This document shows, one piece after another, positions 43,132-51,985 of a DNA stretch of 64,000 nt; positions within the stretch are counted from its first letter, which is position 1; each line of letters begins with the position of its first letter. The notes beneath the pieces are model-generated. The model made no database searches. It worked only from the letters and a program-made list of their open reading frames with translations, and was not told the DNA's origin. Both the position numbers and the translations under genes were made by a program. Origin of the DNA: Prasinococcaceae sp. CCMP 1430 (lineage: Eukaryota; Plantae; Prasinodermophyta); contig RQSC01000028.1 of the NCBI GenBank assembly GCA_013416795.1, forward strand, positions 153,275 to 217,274, written 5' to 3'.

Positions 43132-43899
43132 GTCCGCCCGGCGCGACCCCACGCGCCCGAGCGCGCGCGCGGTGTCTCGCGGCGCCCCGGAGGAGGCCGG
43201 AGCCCCGGCGAGCCCCCTCGGCAGGCCCCACCCTACCCGCACACAACACACACACACACACACACCAACTCAACTCCCGCGCGCCCGCCCGCCGCCCCCG
43301 CCCGGGCGCGCGCCCCTGCGCGCCGCGAGTGTCGCAAGCGCGCCCGCGCCCGCGCGCCCGTTCGAACCGCGCCCCGCCCGGTCGGGGAACGGACCCGCGG
43401 TAAAAAAAAAAAAAGTTCATCTCATTTTCTTGCAGTACTAAGACACCCACGGGAGAGTCAGGTTCCCGTTACGTGAGTGGTGCTCATCAACCGGGCGAGC
43501 AGAGGCGCGCGCGTGAGTGTGCGGTGTGAAGTGTGTGTGATGTGTGATGTGTGAGTGTGGTGTGGTGTGGTGTGCGTGGTGTGGTGTGTGTGTGAGTGTG
43601 TGGGTGTGGTGGTGTGGGCGGGGAGGGGCGTGGGGGGGCATGGGGGGGCGCAGGCGTGGGACCGCGGGCGTGTGTGTGTGTTGCGTTGCGCGCGCGCGCG
43701 CGCGCGCCACACGGCGCGCCGCCTACGCGCGCGCGCGCGCGCGGACGCCGGCGGTGGCGGACGACGCGTGGGTCCGCCCCAGCGTGGCGCTTCTGAAACG
43801 CGCACCAGCGACCTCTGACGCGACCGGGCTTTGCGCACACTACACGCCCTCCTCCCACCACCCACCCACCCACCCACGTGCGGTCGGCGCGCGCCGCAG

Positions 43900-44264
43900 A
43901 CGGTGCGGACATCATAGCGCAGCTCAGCGCCAAGTACATCGCCCAGAACAAGAAGGGGGAAGCCATCTGCCAGGTGAGCGTCCGCGCATCACCAGTGCAC
44001 ACTCGCGGACTCTCACACGCACGAACGCGCACGCGCGCCACGTGAACTCCAAGAAAGCGCGCTTGCATGCGTGTGCACGCGCGCCCACGCGCACGCGCGT
44101 GAGCCCATGCGGCCGCTGACGGCCGGCCCGCACGACGCGGTCTGCGCGTGGGCGCTCAGGCGTGCGACATGATCCTCCGCGACGGCTCGCCGGAGGCCAT
44201 CCGCGCGCACTTCGCCTTCCAGCACACGCTAGAAATCCAGAAGATCGTCGACAAGCGGATCTAG
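43900..44264 (+). CDS. Small multi-exon protein with a C2H2-like zinc-binding motif (5' exons unresolved, ~43400-43510)
   Basis: Exons 43900-43973 and 44160-44264 (AG/GT, GCTGAC branch point) join in frame: GADIIAQLSAKYIAQNKKGEAICQ|ACDMILRDGSPEAIRAHFAFQHTLEIQKIVDKRI*. Confidence 0.6.
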
Positions 44265-44499
44265 CTACTGCGTGTGTGTGTATGTGCGCGCGCGCGTGTG
44301 TGCGTCAGCACAAGCGTCGCATGCGGCGACTGCGTGCGCGGACGGCACGCGCGCGCGCACACACAGAGTACACACATACCTTCGCGCCGGTCGCGCGCGT
44401 CCGTGCTCGCCATCGTGTAGGCGCGGCGCGCCTCTTCCGTGTGTGTTTGCTCCGTGTTTGTGGCGCGAGTAACGGGCTCGGCGCCCTCCCCCCCGCCCA

Positions 44500-45023
44500 T
44501 CAGACGTCGTCGACTGCGCGCGCGCGAGAGAGCCCGCCGATGTCAGCAGCGGCGCGACAGGACGCACAAACGCACGCGAGTGTATGCCCGCGCGCACGTG
44601 CGGCATCACGCCCGCGCACCTGTCACGCTGGGGTCCCTGAAGCCGGCGGCGCGTAGCCTCTCCGCGAGCTGTTCTGCCGACGTGAAGGAGTTGGTGACCG
44701 CTGCCTGCACCTCCTTGCACCCCTCGTGCTCGGCGCCCTTGTGCCGCAGGCACCATGCCTTGGGCGCGTGTGATACCAGGCGCTTGAGCTCCTCCTCGCC
44801 GTCGTACCCGACGCGCACGATGTAGTTGCGCCGCCGGTGTTGCTTCCAGTACTCGATGATCCCGCTCGCCACGCCCTCGCCGGCCGCGCGCGACCGCTCC
44901 CGCGAGCACTCCGGCTCGGCGTCCATAAAGTACGCCTCCACCAGCACCGCCGCGCCCACGTCGCGCGTAACGCCGCCGAGGACGCCCAAATCCTGAGTGC
45001 CCGAGAATGGGCGCGTTCGCGTG

Positions 45024-45057
<34 letters not shown>

Positions 45058-46137
45058 GCCGGCGGCTCGGTCGCATGTAGGCGCGTACGCGCCGCACGCG
45101 CGGTGACTCTGACCCCCGCGCACGCGTGTAAAGAGGCTGGAATCCAGCACGCACCTGCCACTTGACGCCGCGGTCCTCGAGCCTCAGCGCGTTCACGACG
45201 CCTGACTGCACTGAGTGCGCGAGTGAGATATCCCTCTCTGTGGCGTCGACGTCCACCAGCGTCTCGGTGCCCTGCGAGCCGCCGTTGTGGCCATTGTGGT
45301 GGCAAGATATGAAGATGTCGTGGCCGCTCGCACGCTTACCGCGCTCGGGCAGCCACGGCGGCAGGCGGTAGCCGCGCGGGTACTCGAACATCTGCACCGT
45401 CGCCCCGTGGTTCTCGAGGACCGTCTTGATTGATGCCCGCGCGCGCGCCCGTGTCAGCAATGCTCGCCCCACGCCGGGACCGGGCCTCCGCGCGCGGGGG
45501 CGCGCGCGCGATTCGCAGCAGCCGCGGTTGGGCGCACCTTGAGCTCTGTCGCCATTTCCTTATTGAGCTCGAGCTCCGTATAGTCCTTGTGCACGAAGCC
45601 CACCTCATAGCCGAGCGGGTGGGCGCCGTGGCCCACGTCGAGCGCCACCTTGGCGCCGGCGAGCTGCCGCGAACGCAGCTTGCGCAGCCGGTAGCGCGCC
45701 CGGCTGATCTCCCCGAAGAAACCAGCGCACGGCGACACGCCGTTGGCGCGCTGCCAGCGCACCACCGCGGCGCGTGTGCGCTCGTCGTACTTGCCAGAGC
45801 TCGCCAGCCGTACGCTTCGCCGGAGCTGCTGCTGCTGCCGCTGCTGGCGTCGACGCCGCTCCTCGGGCGCCGCGTCGCGCCCGCCCGCCTGCTCGCCGCC
45901 GAGGTTATCTGCGATTGGGCTCCGGTAGTCGCTCTCTGTGTCGAAGCACCCCTCCCTCGCCAGGTAGCGCTGCAGGCACGCCACGTCCTTGCCGTGGTCT
46001 CCCACGGTGAGGTCGCGCGTGAACTCGCAGTACTCATCATCGTCGTGGGCGTCGCCACCGTCGCCTTCGCCATCGTCGTTCCCGCAATTGACGGCGGCCG
46101 ACGCGAGGTCGCAGAGGAAGCCAGGCTCGAGCGACAT
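44500..46137 (-). CDS. N-acetylmuramoyl-L-alanine amidase (Amidase_3) with N-terminal PG_binding_1-like domain and C-terminal SPOR-like domain
   Basis: PG-binding: RDLTVGDHGKDVACLQRYL...GKYDERTRAAVVRWQRANGV. Amidase: VALDVGHG, TELELN, IFISCHHNG and AVLVEAYFM. Exons 46137-45538, 45424-45155, 44992-44620, 44513-44500 give 418 aa; the frame is open upstream into the gap. Confidence 0.88.
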
Positions 46138-46245
46138 GGCGCGTGACGCGCCACGCCCGCCCGACGCCGCCTCCGCCGCGGCGGCCAGCGAGCGAGCGAG
46201 CAGCGGATGACGGGGCCGATCGGGCGGGTGCGCGTCCGTGCGGGC

Positions 46246-46619
46246 NNNNNNNNNNNNNNNNNNNNNNNNNNNNNNNNNNNNNNNNNNNNNNNNNNNNNNN
46301 NNNNNNNNNNNNNNNNNNNNNNNNNNNNNNNNNNNNNNNNNNNNNNNNNNNNNNNNNNNNNNNNNNNNNNNNNNNNNNNNNNNNNNNNNNNNNNNNNNNN
46401 NNNNNNNNNNNNNNNNNNNNNNNNNNNNNNNNNNNNNNNNNNNNNNNNNNNNNNNNNNNNNNNNNNNNNNNNNNNNNNNNNNNNNNNNNNNNNNNNNNNN
46501 NNNNNNNNNNNNNNNNNNNNNNNNNNNNNNNNNNNNNNNNNNNNNNNNNNNNNNNNNNNNNNNNNNNNNNNNNNNNNNNNNNNNNNNNNNNNNNNNNNNN
46601 NNNNNNNNNNNNNNNNNNN
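46246..46619. other. Assembly gap (N run)
   Basis: Continuous Ns. Confidence 1.
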
Positions 46620-46686
46620 GCCGTGCCGCCGCGCGCCGCCGCGCCGCGTCGCCGCATTGCCGGCCGCGCCGGCGCTGGAGGCCGCC

Positions 46687-47586
46687 ATGGGTGGCAAGTA
46701 CGCGGCGTGGGAGGCTGGCGAGATCACGCCCGAGGCGGTGCTGGCGCACAAGGCGCCCACCGAGGGCTTCTTGTGCCCGCTCGCAGCCAACAAGTACGGA
46801 ATTGACTTCCGCGAGTTCGAAATCAAGGACTACGACAAGGTGAGCTCCAGCGCCTCCGGCACGTGTGCATCCTCCGGTCTGGCCGCGCAGTGTGGTGTGA
46901 ACGCGTGTGCGCATGTGTGTGCAGGCGTGCGTGCACCAGCCGCTCCCGCGCCCCCTCTCCTGCTCCCACTTTCCTGCTCCCGAGCTGACGGCGCGCTCGA
47001 CCCGATCCGCCGGCCGGGCTGCGCCCCGCGCCCGCACCACGCAGGCACTCTCCCTCTTCCACGTGACGCGTCCAGCGGATGCGCCTGCCATCGACGTCAC
47101 GCAGGTGCCAGAGCACATGGAAGACCAGGTGCGCTCTATCCAGTACACATTTCCGAAGGCCTTCTTCGACATGGAGACGATAAAGGTGCGCCAGCTGCCC
47201 TCGCTCCCGAGCGCTGTTCGCGTCCTGGCGAGGAGCCCCCTGCTGACGATGCCCGCCCTCCACACGCACACGCACGCGCACGCGCCTCCCCCGCGATGCA
47301 GACGAGCCTCGTGTTTTCCGTGGGGTCCGAGCCCGTGCCCAGCCTGCGCATGATCGAGCGGCACTACTTCAAGGGCGAGCTGCAGCGCTCGTACGACTTC
47401 ACCTTTGGGTTCTGCATCCCGGGCTCGACGAACAGCTGGGAGGCCGTGTACCCCGTGCCGCAGATGTCTGCGGCGCAAAAGGAGGATATGCTGAACTGCC
47501 CCCACGAGACCGCGTCAGACTCGTTCTACTTTGTTGGTGACACGCTCATCATGCACAACAAGGCGTCGTACGCGTACTCCGGCTGA
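46687..47586 (+). CDS. UNC119: UNC119 (PDE-delta fold myristoyl-cargo carrier)
   Basis: Motifs FLCPLAANKYGIDFREFEIKD, RSIQYTFP, LRMIERHYFKGEL.RSYDFTFGFCIPGSTNSWE and SDSFYFVGDTLIMHNKASYAY. Two GT-AG introns. Confidence 0.95.
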   Translation: MGGKYAAWEAGEITPEAVLAHKAPTEGFLCPLAANKYGIDFREFEIKDYDKVSSSASGTCASSGLAAQCGVNACAHVCAGVRAPAAPAPPLLLPLSCSRADGALDPIRRPGCAPRPHHAGTLPLPRDASSGCACHRRHAGARAHGRPGALYPVHISEGLLRHGDDKGAPAALAPERCSRPGEEPPADDARPPHAHARARASPAMQTSLVFSVGSEPVPSLRMIERHYFKGELQRSYDFTFGFCIPGSTNSWEAVYPVPQMSAAQKEDMLNCPHETASDSFYFVGDTLIMHNKASYAYSG

Positions 47587-47764
47587 GCGCGCTCGCAGGG
47601 CGCGTGTGCGCTGAGAGCGCGAGGCGACTAAATCGTTGCGGTCCGCACATTCTCAACCGTTGCAAGCGCGCGAGAGAGAGCATGTGGGACAGCACTGCAC
47701 ATATATTACAGGTGGTGCGCGCGCGCGGGCGGGGGGGAGGGATTGCGGGGTCGACACTTGCGTG

Positions 47765-48895
47765 TCAGGCAGCCCCGGCGCTCGCCGACACGCTCCTGCT
47801 CCCCACCTTGCGCGCTGCTACGAGCGCCGCCACGAGGACGGCGTCGACCGCGCTCACGATCACGCACAGCGCGCCGACGAGCCCCACGGTTATCGCCGTG
47901 CGCCCGAGCACCTGCTGCTGCGTCGGCCACACGATCACCGCCGAGAGCGCCGACATCAGTTCCGGCAGGCCCCGCCGCGCGCCGCCGCCGCTTGCCGCTG
48001 CCGCGCTCGCCGCTTCTTCCGCCGCTTTTGTTCGTCGCGCCTGCGCGTCCGCACGCGCCTTGCGACCGCGTTGGACCGACTGAATACGCAGCGCGGCGGC
48101 ATCCTCAGTCATGCCGCCGTCATCGTAGGTGTCTTGCTTGGGCTCCACCAGTATGGCGCTGGCGTCTACATCGCCAGCGCCGGCGAGCGCCATGAGCAGC
48201 TGCGCCACCGTTTCGCCGAGCGTCTTCTCGGCGGCCTGCGCGTCCGCTGACAGCGCCGGATCGGCGTAGGTTGGCCGGGGCGTGTAGAGCTCGCGGATCA
48301 GCGCCGAGCGGCGCTCCTTGCCCTCGTGCATGGCGTTCTGCGCCGCACGGCCGCGAAGCAGGCGCTGAAGCAGGCGAACAGCGCCCACTACGCGCGCGTT
48401 GTCCCCCTCGGGCGCCTCGAACGTTGGCGTCACTGGGCGCTCGCCAAGCCCCTTGCTGGCGCGGCGACGCAAGGTCGCCTTGGGCGCCTTGCCCACGCTG
48501 ACCTCGTTGGGGCGCGGCCAGGCGTCGCCGTGGCCGCGTCCGCCCTCCGCTTTGGACGTCTCGAGCAGCTCTGAAATGTGCTCGAGGCGCGCTGCGATGG
48601 CTGCCGCCTGGCGCTGCGCGGAGTCCTTCGGCACCCGCTCCGACAGTGGGGTTGGGGCCTCCACTGTGGGGAAAACCGCCTTGCGCGGCAACGAGGACTC
48701 GAGTCTGTTCACACCCTGCAGGTCCGCGGGCACGAAGGGCTCGGGGTTGATCTCTTTGCCCTGCATTGGTTTGTCCGTGAAAACGCCGTTGCGTGTGAGC
48801 GGTGCGTACACCTCAGACGAGCCCTCGGCATACTCGCGGATGACGTCGCGCTTGAGATGACTACGACCGCTAGTAGGCACGGACTGCCCCGTCTT
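47765..48895 (-). CDS. CFAP91/MAATS1-like C-terminal region + IQ motif, continuing in frame into a SecE-like TM segment; 5' part lost at the N at 48896
   Basis: KRDVIREYAEGSSEVYAPLTRNG, ERPVTP and LLQRLLRGRAAQNAMHEGKERRSALIREL are CFAP91-like. AALRIQSVQRGRKAR is an IQ motif. IVWPTQQQVLGRTAITVGLVG...SAVDAVL is SecE-like. Confidence 0.75.
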   Translation of the reverse strand, partial: KTGQSVPTSGRSHLKRDVIREYAEGSSEVYAPLTRNGVFTDKPMQGKEINPEPFVPADLQGVNRLESSLPRKAVFPTVEAPTPLSERVPKDSAQRQAAAIAARLEHISELLETSKAEGGRGHGDAWPRPNEVSVGKAPKATLRRRASKGLGERPVTPTFEAPEGDNARVVGAVRLLQRLLRGRAAQNAMHEGKERRSALIRELYTPRPTYADPALSADAQAAEKTLGETVAQLLMALAGAGDVDASAILVEPKQDTYDDGGMTEDAAALRIQSVQRGRKARADAQARRTKAAEEAASAAAASGGGARRGLPELMSALSAVIVWPTQQQVLGRTAITVGLVGALCVIVSAVDAVLVAALVAARKVGSRSVSASAGAA

Positions 48896-48896
48896 N

Positions 48897-50947
48897 GCGC
48901 AGCGCCACCGCCGCCCTCGGCGCCGCGGTGGAGCTACGCCGAGGCGCGACAGCGCTTCCGCGACGAGCCGCTGCGCGTCGCGAGGCGGCTCGCGCGCATC
49001 GGCGTGGTCTTCGGCGGCGTCGGCGCCGCTGCGCTGCTCGACTACGCCCGGGGGAGGCTCGACGAGCCCGAGGTCATGCGCGCGAGGGGGAGGCAGCTGA
49101 CGCGCGCTATCACAGATCTGGGGGCGGCCTTTGTCAAGGTGGGGCAAGCTCTGAGCACTCGACCCGACCTGTGCCCCCCTGAGGTCCTCGAGGAGCTGTC
49201 GTCCTTGCAGGACGACATTCCTAACTTCCTCAACGCGGAGGCGCACGCGCTCATCGAGGAGGAGCTGGGCGCGCCGCTGGAGGAGCTCTACTCGGAGATT
49301 AGCGCCGAGCCGGTCGCGGCAGCGAGCCTGGGCCAGGTCTACAAGGCGGTGCTGCGCGCAGACGGCTCTGAGGTGGCCGTCAAGGTGCAGCGCCCGGGGA
49401 TCAAGGATACGATGCTGCTGGATTTTTACATCGTGCGCACGTTGCTTGGGGTGGCCGACGACAAGCTGGACTGGCTGGAGACCAGCCTAGGGGGGCTGCT
49501 CGACGAGTTCGCCGACCGTGTGCTGCGCGAGCTTGACTACGTGTCGGAGGGACGCAACTGCGACCGCTTCCGCGAGCTCTACGGCGACAGGCCTGACGTG
49601 GTCGTGCCCCGCGTGTATTGGAACCTCACCACGCGGCGCGTGCTCAACATGCAGTGGATCGACGGCGTGAAGCTCAACGACAAGGCGGGGATGGCCGAGA
49701 GGGGGCTCGACGTCATTGCGCTGGTGGACACGGGCATCCAGTGCTCGCTGCGCCAGCTGCTTGAGGCGGGGTACTTCCACGCCGACCCCCACCCGGGCAA
49801 CCTGCTGGCGACGCGCGGCGAGAATGGCAAGGAGTGCCTGGCATTCCTCGACTTCGGCATGATGAGCGAGACGCCTGGTCCCGCTCGCCTGGCCATCATC
49901 GAGCACGTGGTGCACTTGGTCAACAGGGACTACATGGCCATGGCCAACGACTACTACGCGCTGGGATTCCTCGACAGGAGCGTCGACGTGAGCCCCATCG
50001 CGCCCGAGCTGGAGGCCTTCTTCGACGACGTGCTCACGGCGAGCGTGTCTGAGCTCAATTTCAAGACAATCACCGACGGGCTGGGCGGCGTCCTCTTCAA
50101 GTTCCCCTTCAACGTGCCGCCGTACTACGCGCTCATCCTGCGCTCGCTGACCGTCCTCGAAGGTGCGCGCTCTGCCTGGCGCTCCCCCGCTGCCGCTCGC
50201 GCGCCCGTGCCGGTCGCTGCGCCGCAATGCGTGTGCTGACGTGCGCATCCTACAGGCCTCGCGCTCACCACGGACAGGGATTACAAGGTTTTAGCCAAGG
50301 CCTACCCGTACATGGCGCAGCGTCTTCTGCAGGATCCCACGCCGCAGCTGCGCCGAGGCCTCATCGAGCTGCTCTTCAAGGACGGCACCTTCAGGTGGAA
50401 TCGCCTGGAGAACTTGCTGCGCGAGTCGGGCAAGTCGGAGGACTCGACCAGCGACGCGACTCTCGCGCCTCTGCTCGAGATCCTGCTTAGTGAGGGCGAG
50501 GGCTCGGAGGAGGTGCGCGAGCTCGTGGAACGCGAGGCGGTGAGGGTGACCGAGGCGATGCTGCTCGGCACCGCGCTCGACGCCGCTCGCGACGACAGCA
50601 GCAGCGCCGGCGCAGTTGCGCGCCTGCTGCAGGAGCAGCTGGGCGAGTCGGTGCCCGCGCTGCTGCCATCGCGCGACCAAGTGGAGATGCTGCGCCTGCG
50701 CGCGCAGGTCCTGCGCGTGTGGGGGTACATCCAGGAGCGCGGCACTGGGGAGCTCACTGCGCAGAGCCTGCAGCCGGTGCTCGACGTGCTCAACGACCGC
50801 GCGCGCGGCTCCAACGCGAGCCGCCTCGGGCTGCGCGTCGCGGGGGGCGTCACGCAGCGGCTCGCCGCGCGCGCACTGAGCCGTGTCCTCGCCGAGGAGA
50901 CGGCCAGGCCCGCGCCCTCCAACTTCCGCGCGGCGTCCCCTCAATGA
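48897..50947 (+). CDS. ABC1/UbiB atypical kinase (plastid ABC1K3-like); N-terminus lost at the N at 48896
   Basis: Motifs LGAAFVKVGQALSTRPDL, PVAAASLGQVYKA, VAVKVQRPG, ELDYVSEG, FHADPHPGNLL and LDFGMM. Intron 50163-50255. Confidence 0.93.
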
Positions 50948-51147
50948 GGCCGCGAGGCGCCCGGCGACAGGCCGCTGCGCGCCGTGTAAATTGTGCAGGC
51001 CTGCGTGGTCCGCGTGTGTTCTCCCGGGAGCACGAGTTTTCATTGCCGCGATTCAGTCTCGTGCACAGTCCAAAAAACATGGAACGTCATGGCGTTTTCC
51101 GGATCGGTGGCGTGGGTGGGGTGGGGGCGTTCTCAGCGGCGGTGCCG

Positions 51148-51867
51148 ATGGCATGGATGAGGCGATTGTGCGCGACGCTCTGGAGCGCGGCGGCGGATCG
51201 GCGCACGTCCGCCCCGCCCGGGGCGCGCGCCGAGCGAGTGCGCGTGGAAGGCCAAGCTCTGCTGCCGAAGGGGTCGGGCGCAGACGGTGAGGCCGCCGCG
51301 GCCGCCGTGGCGCCGATGGCGGCGGGCGACAACCCCACGGCCGTTTCGCCGCTGGCGAAGAAAGTGTTCACGCTGGTGGTCGCCCACGAGCGCGAGCGCG
51401 GGCGCGTCTTCCTCGGCATGAAGAAGCGCGGGCCGGGCACGGGCAAGTGGAATGGCTTCGGCGGCAAAGTGGAGAGAGGCGAGACGGTGGCGGAGGGCGC
51501 GGAGAGAGAATTTCGCGAGGAGACCGGCGGAGCGCTCGCGATCAACCTCCAGCGCTTGGGAGTTCTCACGTTCCACGGCGTTTGCGGGGACACGCGATCA
51601 TGGGAGGTGCACTTGTTCAGCGCGGACGGCGTCGATGGGGATTTCGTCGAGACCGACGAGATGGCAGGCGCATGGCACGACGTCGATTCTCTCGACGCTC
51701 TGTACGATCACATGTGGCCTGACGATCGCATCTGGTATCCGTACCTGCTACAGCGGAAGCCCTTCGTCCTGGAGGCATGGTTCGGCGGGAGCAAGGGCGA
51801 GGAAATGCTCAGGCACACCATCGAGGAGACGATCGTGCTACCGGAGATCTCGCTCCCCTGGGAGTGA
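51148..51867 (+). CDS. NUDT1: Nudix hydrolase, MTH1/NUDT1-like oxidised-purine nucleoside triphosphatase (start uncertain)
   Basis: FTLV...VFLGMKKRG.GTGKWNGFGGKVERGET..EGAEREFREETG (Nudix box), ETDEM and MWPDDRIWYP. Confidence 0.9.
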   Translation: MAWMRRLCATLWSAAADRRTSAPPGARAERVRVEGQALLPKGSGADGEAAAAAVAPMAAGDNPTAVSPLAKKVFTLVVAHERERGRVFLGMKKRGPGTGKWNGFGGKVERGETVAEGAEREFREETGGALAINLQRLGVLTFHGVCGDTRSWEVHLFSADGVDGDFVETDEMAGAWHDVDSLDALYDHMWPDDRIWYPYLLQRKPFVLEAWFGGSKGEEMLRHTIEETIVLPEISLPWE

Positions 51868-51985
51868 GACGCGAGCGCGGGCGCGCCGCTCCAGCAGGCG
51901 CGTCGCTCGCAGCCAGCGCGATGACGAATGCTCTCAGTATTACGCCGTCGCACCAAATTAAATAATGAATCGGACACCATCGCTG

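Noticed and set aside
41092-43476. 794-aa + strand ORF (and similar long ORFs at 36091-38151, 29579-31744, 54742-56097, 20048-22024)
   Set aside because: Antisense shadows of real genes. Strong GC3 bias removes stops on the opposite strand, and the translations are Arg/Leu/Ala-rich with no motifs.
44500-46137. Bacterial contaminant contig as the origin of the amidase
   Set aside because: Three GT-AG introns with host-type CG/CA repeats interrupt the coding sequence, and it is contiguous with eukaryotic genes on its 3' side.
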